Below are positions 12,926 through 27,979 of a stretch of 64,000 bases of DNA, in pieces; the first letter of the stretch is position 1; each line of letters opens with the position of its first letter. Source of the DNA: the human T2T-CHM13v2.0 reference genome, Homo sapiens; assembly GCF_009914755.1 (NCBI RefSeq), contig NC_060930.1; one strand, written 5' to 3'. A program made the translations under genes and the position numbers. Under the pieces are notes generated by a model. That model was not told the origin of the DNA. It saw nothing but the letters and a program-made list of their open reading frames with translations, and did not search any database.

Positions 12926-14399
12926 AAGGGTGCTTGGAGCCAGGATAGATATCATTACCCCCGCCCCCTTTAACCTAGAAATAAACAGGCATACAGCTTT
13001 ACCCATGGTCACACAGGCAGTAAGTTCATCCAGTCAGCAGACTCTGAACCCCACACTGCGTTTTCTGCTGCCTGAATTACTATTAAGAGCCTTCCACCTG
13101 GTCTCCTTGCCTCTAACTTTTCCTCCCTGCAATCCCTTCTCCAAATGAAAAACAGGAACAACTCATACCTAAGTAGGTAATTTTCCTTTTTCCATGGCTG
13201 CTCATGGTTGTACAGAAGATAACTCTGGCCCAATCTACTTTTCTAGACTGATCTCACATGACACCTGCTCCACCTATGGGGAAGGTCTCTACAGGTCCCC
13301 AAGAAGCCTGTGCTCTGCTCTATATTTTCACTTAATCATCTTCTCCATATACTACATTATATAACATACAAATATTATCTATTATAATAATTATATGCTG
13401 TAATGCAATTATTTGTTCACATATCCATCTCTCCAACTAAACTCTGTGCTTCTAGTACAGTGCCTGACACACAGAGAGAAAAAACAGATCTGATGAATGA
13501 AATAAGTCAGCAGAATGGCGTTATTGGAGCTTGATGAGAATAAGTAGTTTTGTTCTAATCATTTTAGTAGCAACACTCACTCAAGAACATTGTATTGCAT
13601 TTGTCCAATGTACTCACAAATTAATATATACTAGTTTATGATTTTAATTTTTTTATTTCCAGAGTCTCAAATTGTGCACTTGAATTTTGAAAGCATAATA
13701 AACCTCCAACTACTCTTTTTGCCTTCAATCCCTCCTTCCAATTCAAGCTATAAATTTTCACATAAAGGAAATTACTGTCTCTAGACAATTATCTGTTATC
13801 CATTTGGAAATGAAAGAGGTTGAGTAAATTTAGCCTTCCATCCATGCCCTCATTTAAGTCAGTAGATTCCATCTCCCCATCCAGCTACTCAGTGGTTTTA
13901 TATACAAGTGTCACCACAAGAAACAGACAAATTAATGATTTTTCCATTATGAATTCCATAGGCTAACAGGTTTCCCTGAGAATGAAAATATGTCCCTTCT
14001 CTCAATATCATGTACATCATTATTCCACATACACTTTCAATTCTACTACTTTTATGGAGCATTAGATGAAGAATAAATTAAGTGCTTTGGAAAGAGTCAA
14101 AGCTCCCTTTCTTAGAAATGGAAAGATCTAATCCAGGTATCCCCAGTCACAAGATGTGGACCTTCTTGTTGTCTTTGAAGTCTTTCCTTGTTAAGCAGAA
14201 CACCATGCACCAATATCAACCCTTGGGACCATGCATCAGTTATGAATCCCAGGGAAGGCCTCTAAACACCTCACCAATACCATCCACCAGCATCAATTCC
14301 AGAGAACTCTAAATACCTTGCCAATGTCTGCTAAGGTTTTTAGATCTGGCAAGAGGTTTTGCACAAACCCAGCTACCAGAGGTTTTACATAAACCCAAC

Positions 14400-14830
14400 C
14401 TCCAACATATGAGTCTAGTGAGACAGAACACTTACACAAGAAGTCATGCAGAGCAACTTTATCACTCCCAGACAGGCAGCATGAATCAACAGAAGTCTCA
14501 AATCCACGGTGAGCTGGCTCCCCAGGGCTCAGGAAAACTGCCTAGGGAAGATGTAATCTTACTGGATTTTATACCCTGGGGGAACTCGGATTACTGAGCT
14601 GAAGCGTTGCAGGACCCCAAGGAAACAGATCACTGAGCTAAAGTGTTGCAAGACATCCTGTCCTAGGAAGGAATAGGACAAAGCTTGGGCTGTTGCAGAA
14701 ATTTCCTCCTTATCTCAGGATACTGCATTCTCAGCACATTCTGCAATTATCCTGACAACTACAAACAGGAGATGGAAGAGCTGGTTCAGCCAAGGCCATT
14801 CAGGGACCTGTCATCCTGCATACCAGATTC
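14400..14830 (-). mobile_element. ERVL-type LTR (MER54/MER74-like)
   Basis: Antisense of agaatgtgctgagaatgcagtatcctgagataaggagg, typical of this LTR group. Confidence 0.55.
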
Positions 14831-16489
14831 ATTTCTAATCAATTACAGATGCTTCCTTCCCTCTTTAATTTGCCATACTTTCCAACCTAAGAGAGGAAGA
14901 CAGAATCCATGGTGTCCTCTTCCCTAGTCCTCCACTCAGAAGGTCCATTCATCACCCTCACCCTCCGAACTAAAAGCTTCAACGTCCAAGAAATATCACA
15001 TATAGCATCAACATCTCTCCAGTAGGGGTTGAGGGCATTGAATAAACCCACTGAGAAATGCTGTGGCTACTTTCTCTGAAAGTACTTAACTCATATTATT
15101 GGCTAGACTATTGAAACAATTCAGTCAAATAATCATGTAAGTCCACCAAATAACTGATTTAAACCCCAGAATTTGCTCATTTAAATTTGCTGATTATTTT
15201 TTCATTATATGGATGGCAACTGTACCACTTAGTGCCAAAGGCAACATAATGGTGATAATGAAAATAGACACAGTTTTGCTTGATAATGTCTATGAACATA
15301 TGAGATTGAGGATTTGTCTTAAATACTAAACCTCTCAGTGTATAGATAATAAAACTATTACCACAGATCAGTATCTTACCTAAAATTATAAAGTCATTCT
15401 TTTGCAAAACTGGCATAATTAGCTTCCCATTCAATTGTCTGTACAAGTAATTTAACTTCACAAGAAGTTTCTTTTATGGATTCTTATTAGATTTAAAACA
15501 TCACATTGAGCTAAAACTCATAAATTCGTCTGAATAAGAATGTATTAATGCTGCCCTCAAAAGACTTCCAGTTAAACAGTCCAGTAATTAGACTGGAGGG
15601 AAGATTGAGAGAGAAAGTCCTGGCCATTTAAAGGTGAACTCTGCAAGCATGAATCAAAATCCTGTGTACATGGAACAACCAGGTAGGAAATTCGATGGTG
15701 CTAAGCTCCATTGACTAAGTTGGATACAAAGGTCCAAGCTTCTAAAGAGTGTTGTTTTGGTGTCAGCATGGTACCATGTAGAGGATCTAGGACCAGCAAG
15801 GCATGTACATTTTCCATTTGGGCAGATATTACTTAATTTGAACATGGCAAATCTAGGCTTGGGAGTGTATGAAAACAAACAGAAATATGGAAAGCTTATT
15901 AAAACCTTCCTCCTTACTACCCATCTATTTTTGGGGGGACCTAATCTGGTAAATAAAAATAATATTGTCTGATTACACCTAGGAATATCTACGTGGGAAA
16001 CTGGTGTATGAAGGAAATAAAATTATGTGTTGTGTGAAATTCAGAAGGCTTGTCATCGGATACAATGCAAAGCAAAGGTTAAGTATTATGTGCTTCTTTT
16101 TATGACAATGAAAATAAATAGAAAAGACAAAAAATTATTTCTAAAAGGTGAGATTTTAGGCTGGTCCAATTTCTGGACTTATGTAATCTTCCCACTAATA
16201 GTGTGTATCTGTACCCATTATACCTATTTTCTTATTTTAAATCAAATCTTAAAGGCAATCTCTCCAAGGACATACCAGAATAAAGGACACCTAAAGGACT
16301 TATCTTAAGACACTGACACATATTTGCATCACTGGTGGCAAAATGAGGCAGAAGTCTGATCTGAGAACACCTAAACGAAAAGTGTGAAATTATTCTTATA
16401 CCAGGAGAAATATATCTTATAAAAACATATTGAAAAAGCCACTGAGCTGTATTAATATAGTTACGTGTGTGTGTGTATATCTATCTACA

Positions 16490-16513
16490 AATAGATAGAT
16501 AGATAGATAGATA
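16490..16513. repeat. Short (ATAG)n/(GATA)n microsatellite next to a short (GT)n
   Basis: Read directly. Confidence 0.8.
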
Positions 16514-17340
16514 TGTTTGTTGAGACTGAATTCTAGACTCTTCCTTTCATTGTACATGCAGGGCAATGTACAAATTCAATGTACAGTATCATACCGATAT
16601 GGAAATAATTTCCATTTTGCCTGTTTACTTCTTTACTCTAAAATATGATGTAGGTGAGTACTTTGCAAAATGTGTTAGGATTTCTACTGAGATATCAAAC
16701 AATTTCTCAAAGCAATGTCACCAATTAGTATTTTTAATTCAAAAAAAAAATGTGTGAGAAAACAAACGCTCTCTTGGCCTCATGTGTGAAAGAATGGAGA
16801 ACATGGCCTTTGCATCTCTTCTCAGTCTTTGCAGAGCCCATGCTCCAATCCCAATGAAGCAATTGTGCCAAGTTGAATCCCCTACTTTGCCTGTAACTAG
16901 AAATAGCCAAGGAGTCCATTAGCATCCCCAAAGTAACTACAGCTGATCTAAATCATCCAAACTGATTCAGATTTTGAGGCCACAGGACCTATGAGATTTC
17001 TCGTGAATAGAGAAGAACTTTCAGTCATTCAGGGATTCTAAAGAGTAATCTCCACCTTTCCAACATAATTAGGAAGGAAACTGACCCACTATGCCAAATC
17101 AGCCTTGGGAAATAGTTGTCAGCACACAGCACAAAAATCGTCAAACTGAAGGACACTGTAACAATTGTTGAGTTCCGTCTTCTGAGAGATGCAGGCATTC
17201 CCTAGACGACATTCCCACCCAGGTGTTCTGGAGTCTGCTTCAGCATTTCCAACAATGAGTTATCTTAATATGATTTTTAATTTTTAGAAAGAGAATTACA
17301 GTACCCTCCATTTGTAATACACTTTGGAAAAATACTTTTC

Positions 17341-17950
17341 AGTGTGTTAATTTCAGACCCCAAGGAGTCCCTGAGGACCCTTCGGGGGTCTTGGAGTTTA
17401 AAGCTATTTTCATAATAAAATAAAGATACTATTTTCGTTTTTTAGTGTGTTGACATTTGCACTCATGGTGCAAAAGCAATGGGTCAAACTACTGGCCACT
17501 CAGCACAAATCAAGAAATGGTACTAAATTCAACTAGCAATCATTGTATTCTTCACTGCCAGCCACTGGTGGGTTGGGGCGAGGTGGGAGGGGGTGTTTTA
17601 CTTACTGATGGCCCTGATGCGGCAGTAAAAATGAACTGACTAAATCTGAACACTTGCATATACATTTTAAAAATACTGTATTATATTTGAAGAAATGGGA
17701 GTCAGACATAAAGTGCGTCAGCTGCGTGACAAAGAATGATGCTTGACTTCTGGGATCATTTGAGTTGCAAGTCGCATTAGTCACTATTCTTCACAGAACA
17801 TCATTGGTACTTGGAAGAATGACTGACAGCAGATGATGGTTATTCTGATTTGGTTACTTGGCAGAAACTTTTCAAAAAGTCAACCAAATAAATCTGTCAG
17901 GTCAAGGTAAACAACTGGCAATATTTGTTGCCAATGATAAAATTCAAGAA
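17341..17950. mobile_element. hAT-Charlie DNA transposon fragment (Charlie1-like)
   Basis: ggttattctgatttggttacttggcaga...aaacaactggcaatatttgttgccaatgataaaattc resembles Charlie transposase remnants. Confidence 0.6.
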
Positions 17951-18773
17951 AAGCAGGAAATACACTAAACAAATTGGACTTCAGAACAAACAGAAATGCC
18001 TCTACTTGTGAAGACCATAAATTTCAGTAGCAAAATTTCGTACCAGAAGCTTTCTTACTAAAGGTAGACCTGCCCAAAGCATATGCATTAACCCAGAACA
18101 TTTTGCAGTTTGCTCTGCTGTTAGCAAGATGTTCCCCTCACTACAGGTGACATGAGCAAGGAGTCCCCAGTTTTCTGGGCCTATTCAGAGGCCCATTTGG
18201 TGTGGCTAAGGATGCATCCAACAGAGCTTGGCAGAACCTTCCCTGCTTCTAGCCAGAGACGCTTCGACAGGTAACCCTCCTCAAAGCTGAGCTCAGCCCT
18301 GGCCTATTGAAAACAAAACAGGAGACCTTCTGCCTTATTTCATAACCATAACCATCCCATCCACCATGAAAGACCCAGTGCTGAAAATGCAGAAACTCCC
18401 CCAACTCCCTTCAGGTTTGTTTTTCCCATAGGATTTGTCATTTTATACTATGAATGTTAAAATTTGTTCCAATGTTGGCTTCAATATGCAAGAAATAAGG
18501 CAGAAAAGAGATCAAAAGGAGATAAATCCTTTTAATCAAAAAATATTAACACCACAAAACAGCAGGGTTTATGTCGCTTGTGTTCTTTTGGTTTCTATGT
18601 GTTTGTTCTTTTTTATTTTGTTTTATTTTAATCTTCTGGCTCTTAAAGAAAAAAGAAACAGAAAATTACATAAACCAAAGAGAAGTTTAGAGATCCCTCA
18701 TGAACAAAGATTGAATAATAATCTAATAGGACAAGTAAAGACAATTTAATAATAACTCATGGGTCTAGGTCAC

Positions 18774-19416
18774 CAGTGCCCTGTAATGGAAGACACATGT
18801 ATAATTTAAAATTTTCTCATAGCCACTTTTTAAAAAGTGAAATAAAACGGGTAAAATTAATTGTAATAATGTATTTTATTATTTTAATGTCATCAATATA
18901 AAAATATTAACTAGATATTTTACATTATTTGTTCATACTATATATTAGTTTCCTACACCTGCCAAAATAAAGTGGCATAGATTGAGTAGCACCAACAACA
19001 GAAATTTATTCTCTCAAAGTCTGGATGCTGGAAGTCCCAGATCTATGTACCACTAGGGTTAAGTTCTTGTGAGGGCTCTCTTCCTGACTTCCAGACAGCC
19101 GCCTTCTTACAGTGTGCTCACATAGCAGAGAGAGAGCTCTCTGGTGTCTTTTCTTATAAAGGCACTATTCCTATGAGGATCCCACCCTTATAAACTCATT
19201 TAGGCTTAATTACTTTCTTACTTCAAACCTCCCATTGGGGTTTAGGGCTTCAGCATATGGATTTTGTGGGGTGGGGGGACACAATTCTATTTATAACATA
19301 CTAAGTCTTTAAAATCTGATGTGTATTTTACACTTGCAGCACACCACAGCTTGGACTAAGCACATTTCAAATGTTCAATAGCCACAAGTGGATTCTGGCT
19401 GCTGTCTTAGACAGTC
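18774..19416. mobile_element. MER33 (hAT) split by an MLT1A-like LTR (18941-19298, minus strand)
   Basis: MER33 motifs resume after the LTR (tactaagtctttaaaatctgatgtgtattttacac); 5-bp TSD tacta at 18936-18940 and 19299-19303. Confidence 0.8.
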
Positions 19417-20439
19417 CTGACCTCAATAAATGGTTATTGGCTTCAGAAGTGAGAGCAACTCTGAAACTGAGAATTGCGGAGCTAGAGCCAAGAGCCTGAT
19501 CTTTAGATAGAAGGCAGTTACCCTAGGAAGAAGCCTGGCCAGAAGCCAAGGTTCACCTGCAGGCAGCCAGGGAAACTGATGACACACTGCTTAGGGGAAA
19601 ATAATTAGTCTTCAAAACCCAACTGTCAGTTTCCAAAGTTTGTGGACAAAATTGGCAGCCAAAGCTTAATGGAACATTTTTCCTCAGCTAAGAAAAGAGT
19701 AGCAAGATTTCTGGATGTGACTCGCTACAGGGTGTGTGCAGGTTCACCCCGCTCCCCGCTCAGCCACTGTAAGCTCCCGGGGGACTCCAGCCACAGGCAT
19801 GGGCTTGGGATGGGGGAGGGTTCTCTAGTGACTTGCCTTTACGAGGGAATTGGTATGACTGGCATTCATCACTGGCAAGCATAAACAACATTAAAGCACA
19901 CCAAATCCTGCCATGTTACCTTCTGTTCACCAAAACTGCAGGCAAACCAAAAACAAACAAACAAAAAAGATGTTGAAATAAGGAAACAATGCCTTAAGGA
20001 AAAAAATAATCCCTTGATTTTCACAACAAACAATAAAACAAACAATAAATAAATAACCTTCAAAGGTAAAAATTATTGTCCTTTTAAATATAAAATCACA
20101 CCTGCAGCAAGAAAAACGCAAGTCATACATATAACAGATACCAAAACCCAAGAGAATCAAGAAAAACATTTCAGTTCAGAACATTGAGCAGTTGATACAC
20201 TCTGTAAGAGTTCTCCATTTGATTAGTCATTTTTAATTCTACCTGTGGACTCTTAAAGGTGTTCTTTTCCCATAATGGTAATAGTAACTCTCAGGGACCC
20301 ACCTAGGCTTTGACCTGCCAGAGGCAAAATTGTGACAGTGTCTTTGGCAGCTCCAACCTCTCCTTACTGGGACTCCAGCTCCCCTCTGTCCCACACACTT
20401 CTTAGCAGCTTCCCACTACTTTCCGGGCCTTTAGCTTTC

Positions 20440-20981
20440 ACTATCCTAGAAGGGCAATCCAATAGGCACATTTGCCCATAAACTTAGCTGCAGTAGAATC
20501 TGTTCTTTGCCTGCTCTATAAACCTTCTCCTTTTTCTTGGTAGTAGCCTGCTTTCTCTGGAGAACTATCCCTTCCTCACTCTCTGCCTGCGGTTGAGGTG
20601 GAACTGACTCCACCTTCAGTATCCAGGGTGGACCCATGACTGGGCACCCAAGCCACGTGTTCCATCCGTTGGCCACAGTGACAGGTGAGGAAAGGGCATA
20701 TAAACAAAGTCAACCAAGTAAGCAGTTCCCTCCGGAACTTCTCCAAAGGCCACAAGGAAAAACACTGCTCTCCTACTGGTGCTGCTGACAGAACCGTCTT
20801 GCCACCATTTGGGGACAAGACTGCCCAAATGAAGTGAGCAGAGGGAAAAACAGATTCCAGAGATGGGGAGATGTGTCCTCTTGACATCGCTCCAGTACCT
20901 GGTTCCAATGATCCAGGTTTCTGATTAAGCTGCTTTGAGCTGGGTTTTCTGTCACTTGCAACCAAGAGTCTTGACAAATAG
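20440..20981 (+). mobile_element. Old MLT1 LTR
   Basis: MLT1 3' end ttttctgtcacttgcaaccaagagtcttgacaaata. Confidence 0.6.
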
Positions 20982-21726
20982 AGCACTATACTAATTTAAC
21001 CTCTTCAGAATAAACATCCCTCCTACTCCACCCCTCCCTCAACATCACCACCACTCCCAGAAGAGAACAAGGCTTAACAACAAAGGAAGAGATCCCCAGT
21101 GAGGGGATTTTAGGCACCTACGGCAAATTAATGAAGCTGATAGTTACAGGCAGGAAGTTTTTCCAGCATCCACACAGCTTCTAAAAACGTTACATAGTTA
21201 ACAGCTCATACTGTTTCACTAAGGCCAATTCTGCTGTTTTGCATTCTTGGTCTACTGAGTTTTCCTTTAGTTATTTGAGCCCAGAGCCGAAAACATCTCA
21301 ATAAGCCAGATGCTTTCCATTAGAACAGGCCAGGGTTGGGTTCTCACAACCGTGAGATGAAACAGCTATGTCTCCCTCCTACTGAATTATCCTCCCAACC
21401 ATTGAAACCAGTCTCCTTTATTACAGCCTCCCTTTCATCCAATTATCCTTAGGCCAGAGTCACCTTTCTCTAACATTTATATACTCATGATTTTCCTGCT
21501 CAAAACTTTTTCATGGAATCAGAATAATGTTTAAAGTCCTTAGCATTGCCATCTCCTCTGTGAAGTCTTCCTAGACAACCCCTCTCCTCCACCACAGGAT
21601 CCATACTTCTTTGGTGGCTTAGTATTTTATCTGTCAGTCTTCAATGATAGCTATTTGTGTGGCTATATTTTCTCCACCTGATTCTGTATTATAAATTCCT
21701 TGAGAATGGAGCTGTCTTATGCATCC

Positions 21727-22060
<334 letters not shown>

Positions 22061-23577
22061 GTATGCATCTCTTAATTAAAAATTCCTGGCTGAGAAACAG
22101 ACAAAAGCACTCGAGATGTGCATAGAATGCCTTGACCTCCACAAACTGGCACCAACCTACATTTCCACCACTCTACACACCCATCATTGTTCCTCTGTTC
22201 CAGCCATATAAGACAGCTTAGTTGGGGTCTCTTTGGATTTACTCAGACCAGCAGACATAATAACAGTTACCCTCTGGCTTCCCCACTGTCTATTATATAC
22301 ACTTTTTCCTAATATGTAGTGTCCGATTTGTAATAATTTCAACTTCATGATATCTCTTATTCATAATGTCCTTCTCTACCTCATTTCTCCTGGTGCACAC
22401 ATCTTCTCAGCTTCACTTTCCAAACCTAACTGCCGATTTTCTTCATTTCAGGATGCAATTTTTTAGGAATGAGACTCCAACCAACCCAGTTCTTCCCTAT
22501 TTGTGCAAAGCTTTCCAGGTCAGGACCCAGGCCAGCCATAGGTTGGCTGCTTTTGGATCAGCTGCTCCTCTCTGGTCCAACCAGCCTGGACAGTAGGGGC
22601 CACATGTCTGCCTTGGTCCATCCATATTATCGTGAGTGGGCTAGTCATCCTTAACTGAGGCCAGGGTTAGGTCAGGCACCCTACGATTGTCCAAACTGTG
22701 CCCCAAACACTATACCCACTGACACTGTTTAATCAATCATTCATTTGAAATGCCCTTCCACCCACTTTCTCCATTTGAAACTTCATCCTTAATAAAATCC
22801 AATTTAAATATTACCTACACTATGAGAACTTTCCCAAATCTCCGAATGGATATAAACCTCTCCTTTTTATGCAATCCCAAAGTACATGGTGCCTTTAATT
22901 TAGTATTATCACACTATCCTAGATGGTAAACATTTGGAGATGTTTCTTGGGTTTTTTTCTGGATTGTAGATTTCTTAAAGGCTAGGACCATAGCATTTAT
23001 ATTTTGTTTCCCACAGTATACCTCACAGAGAGCTTAAAAACAGTGATATTCAATAAAAAGTAAAATTAAATTAAATTCCAAATAGCTACTAAATTGTAAG
23101 AACAATTTTGGAGATGCAATATAGTTAGCTATTGCCCTCGACTTCTTTCCACTGAGTCCAAATTGTCCCTAAAATACACCCCATTTCTATCACACTGTGT
23201 GTTCTTTTGCAGCTTTCAAGTCCCTCTACTTCCTCCAGGATTCAGTCAGTTCTTTCCCAAATCCCTCAGGCTACTCTATCCTACTCTATCTAAAAGCCCC
23301 AACCACTATGCTTTGATTTCAGTTGGAACAACCTGGCTGTCAAGATCTCCAGGGCCTAGAGATCAGCTCATAGCCGTATCTATTTAAGCTTCCTTAGCAG
23401 CAAAATCCAGTGAGCCTCTGCTTTCTAAGTTCCTAAATTTGGACTTTTTGTTCAGAAAAACTTGTACATGTGATTTGCCACAGAGGCAAACTTAAAATAA
23501 AATGAACTTTTGCCTTTTCACAAAAATGTGAAATGGGCTTAACTTAGTCCAAAAACCAATAAATAGTTCTGTTTCTT

Positions 23578-23891
<314 letters not shown>

Positions 23892-24103
23892 AGTTCTGTT
23901 TCTTATATGATAAAACATCCAGCACTTTGCATGACAAATCAGACAATCTGGAATTTGCTTTGAAGGCTAAACTTGTCTTAATAATTTTAAATTACTAAGC
24001 TGGAAAATAATACTCCCAATTGTTAAAAAATCTTAAAAGAGCCTCTACCATTAGACAGAGCTTTCATAAAACAGTAAAGTGTCCTCCAGTCTTCTAGATC
24101 TAG

Positions 24104-24438
<335 letters not shown>

Positions 24439-24870
24439 AAGAAACTATTATCTAACTTATGGATTTCCTGGTCTTCACTTTCATATTCTTTCTTCATGCT
24501 TGCTTTCTCTCTTTTAACCCCTCTGGCAAAGGCTGAGTAAAACAAAGTGAGATGAAAAATTAAATAAAAATTGAAAACATGCTGCATGATAGTCATTAGT
24601 TTCATTATGGACATTAATTCTTCCTTGGCCTTTTTCACTGAAAAAGTGCACTCCACGTAACACTTCCTGCTAAGATCATGCTATTCCACTGGGGCACACG
24701 ATGTTACTGACCCACTCTGCTGACTCCATGTCTCAGCGACTCCATTCCCAAAGTGTTAATCAAGCATTCTGCCTCTTATTTTTAAAGTAAGCTTGGGTGG
24801 GAATGTGATTTCAACACGGTGGATGATAAAGAGCTATCAAGAATTCATGCTCGGGCATCTAATTTGCTTT

Positions 24871-25300
24871 TAACCTAAATGCCCTTCAATGGTAGACTGG
24901 ATAAAGAAAATGTGGTACATATACACCATGGAATACTATGCAGCCATAAAAAAGGACGAGATCATGTTCCTTTGCAGGAACATGGATGGAGCTGGAGGCC
25001 GTTACCCTTAGCAAACAAATACAGGAACAGAAAACCAAATACCACATGTTCTCACTTATAGGTGGGAACTGAATGATGAGAACACATGGACACGCAGAGG
25101 AGAACACCACCCTGGAGCCTATCAGAGGGTGGAGAGTGGAGGGTAGCAGGAGGGAGAGGATCGGAAACAATAGCTAATGGGTACTCAGCTTAATACCCAG
25201 GTAATGAAATAATCTGTGCAACAAACCCCTACCATACAAGTTTACCTATGTAAGAAACCTGCACATGTACCCCTGAACTTAAAATTAAATTTAAAACAAA
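24871..25300 (+). mobile_element. 5'-truncated older primate L1 3' end
   Basis: gactggataaagaaaatgtggtacatatacaccatggaatac...gtacccctgaacttaaaa; aattcatgc on both flanks. Confidence 0.88.
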
Positions 25301-25445
25301 ATTCATGCCCTGGTTTTCCAGGCTATTTTTACCTTGGAAAATAGACTCAGTCATTTTTAAAAGACAAAAGTCCAACTGTTTGAAAAGCAAAGTCCATGCA
25401 AGAGAATGCAATGTTAAGTTCAGATACCTGAAAACTTCTACCTGA

Positions 25446-25804
<359 letters not shown>

Positions 25805-26251
25805 CAGGTCTCAGCATCTCTTTAACATGTATAGAGGACCCCAAGAGCTTTTGTTTATGGAAATTATACCTATTGATATTTATCATATTAGAAATTAAAA
25901 GAGAAATTTTAAAACTGTTTCATCCATTAAATAACCCAAAATGACTATAGCGAATACATTACGTATTAACACAAATGACATATATTTTATTTTTAAAAAT
26001 AACTATTTTCCAAAACCAAAGAAAATTTGCAGTGTCATTGTTTTACATTGTTTGCAAATCTTATATGATATCTTTATGAAATACCTTGCTTAATAGAAGA
26101 CAGCTGGATTTTCCTATCTGCCTCTGCATTTAATCTGTTGCGATGTGTTGTTTTGGCTGAAATAGCTGAAGAAAACTTGGCTTCATACAAATACAGCTGA
26201 AAAAAGAAGGACCTTGCCGACGCTCTGAAAGGCACATTTTGAGAACCACTG
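25805..26251. mobile_element. hAT-Charlie fragment
   Basis: gaggaccccaagagcttttgtttatg and the TIR-like end ttttgagaaccactg. Confidence 0.6.
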
Positions 26252-26530
26252 GGGTGGTGATATAGCTATGCATATGACACAGCTGTCATTGTGTAATTCA
26301 AATCCAGCTTTTGTGTTCTTACTTCAGCAGAGCTTCACTGATGGGCTTTGAAGGAGGCAATCCTGCATTTGAAAGCTGCCTCCATCCCTCTGGCTACGTG
26401 TTTTTGGACAGGATACTTTATTCCATCTGTAACTGAAGTCGTTGGGAGGATCTAAGAATGCCTGACATTCTTAGGTGATACAGTAGGCACTTCATAAATG
26501 CGCATTTTCTTTCTTTTTCTCTCACCTTTC

Positions 26531-27493
26531 TGTATGGTAGACACACCTGACAGCGGTAAGTTAACTTAAGCATATCCTAATAATGACCCTGCATGGCCAA
26601 TGCAGTTGAATGTGTGTTCAGAGTTCCAAGCTAAGGAATTCGGGAGTGGCCAACACAGTTTCATTCCTTATCTATGAGGAACATCTAAGCCCCAGGGCCA
26701 TCCCATCCCATAAAACATGGGTGTACAGGGGATGGAAGCCCTTTGTTTTGGGTTAAATGAAGGTTGCCAGGTGGTTGTTAGAGGGAGGGTGCTGAGTGAA
26801 AAATGCTGCATAAACCACATGCTCTTTGCAACCAGTTATGGTGCTGCCTAGGCTGCTGCTACTGGACTGTAGGTAAGGTGGTTCTCCTGTACAGTCAACA
26901 CCACTGGACTGTAGGTAAGGCGGTTCTCCTGTGCAGTCACCACAACTGGACTGTAGGTAAGGTGGTTCTCCTTACAGTTACCACCAATGGACTGTAGGTA
27001 AAGTGGTTCTCCTGTACAGTCACCATCACTGGACTGTAGGTAAAGTGGTTCTCCTGTACAGTCACCATCACTGGACTGTAGGTAAGGTGGTTCTCCTATA
27101 CAGTCACCACCACTAGACTGTAGACAAGGCAGTTCTCCTGTACAGTCACCACCACTAGACTGTAGACAAGGCGGTTCTCCTGTACAGTCACCACCACTGG
27201 ACTGTAGGTAGGGCGGTTCTCCTGTCCAGTCACCACCACTGGACTGTAGGTAGGGCAGTTCTCCTGTATAGTCTGCCACCACTGGACTGTAGGTAAGGCG
27301 GTTCTGTCTAGCCCACCACCACTGGACTGTAGGTAAGGTGGTTCTCCTGTCTAGCCAGCTGCCACTGGACCACCTTGTTTGTAAGTTTCCTGCTAATCAA
27401 ACTCCATGTCTCGTTTGTTGGCTTTGGGTCTCTTCTTTGGCCTCTTCAACCTGGTGCCATCACTATTGAAGCTAATAGGGGTCTGACAGGACA
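26531..27493 (+). mobile_element. ERVL-type solo LTR (LTR47-like) containing an expanded minisatellite
   Basis: TG...CA ends; near-TSD ctttc/cattc; LTR47-like start tgtatggtagacacacctgacagc. Confidence 0.7.
26861..27370 (+). repeat. 42-bp minisatellite (VNTR), 12 copies plus a partial copy
   Basis: Unit actggactgtaggtaaggtggttctcctgtacagtcaccacc, 40-43 bp, head to tail; the 14-aa periodicity of ORF 26848-27282 agrees. Confidence 0.95.
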
Positions 27494-27498
27494 CATTC

Positions 27499-27936
27499 TG
27501 GGATGATTAATTTCATGTGTTAGCGTAACTAGACCACGGGATGCCCAGAGTCTGGTTAAACATTATTCTGGATGTGTCTGTTTGGGTGTTTCTGGGAGAG
27601 GTTAGCACTTGAATTGGTGGACTGAGTAAAGTAGATTGTCCTTCCCATTGTGGGTGGATTTCATTCAACCCATCAGGGCCTGAACAGAACAAAGAGACAA
27701 ACAAAGGAGGAATTCTTTCTCTCTGCTAGACTGCTTCAGCTAGGACATTGGTCTTTTGCTGCCCTTGGTCTGGGACTTACACCATCAGCACTCCTGGTTC
27801 TCAGGCCTTTGGACTTGGACTGGAATTATATTAATACCGCCAGCTTTTCTGCATCCCCAGATTGCAGACAGCAGATCGTGGGACTTCTCAGTCTCCATAA
27901 TTGCATGAGCCAATTCCTTGTAAACCTCATGTGATG

Positions 27937-27979
<43 letters not shown>

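Noticed and set aside
24851-24883. L1 5' inversion (gggcatctaatttg versus aacctaaatgccc)
   Set aside because: The match is too short and imperfect to separate from chance or filler DNA
26861-27370. CRISPR-like array or repeat-protein ORF (26848-27282)
   Set aside because: Units are head to tail with no unique spacers and no cas genes, in human DNA. The 14-aa periodic ORF simply reflects a 42-bp unit lacking stops in one frame.
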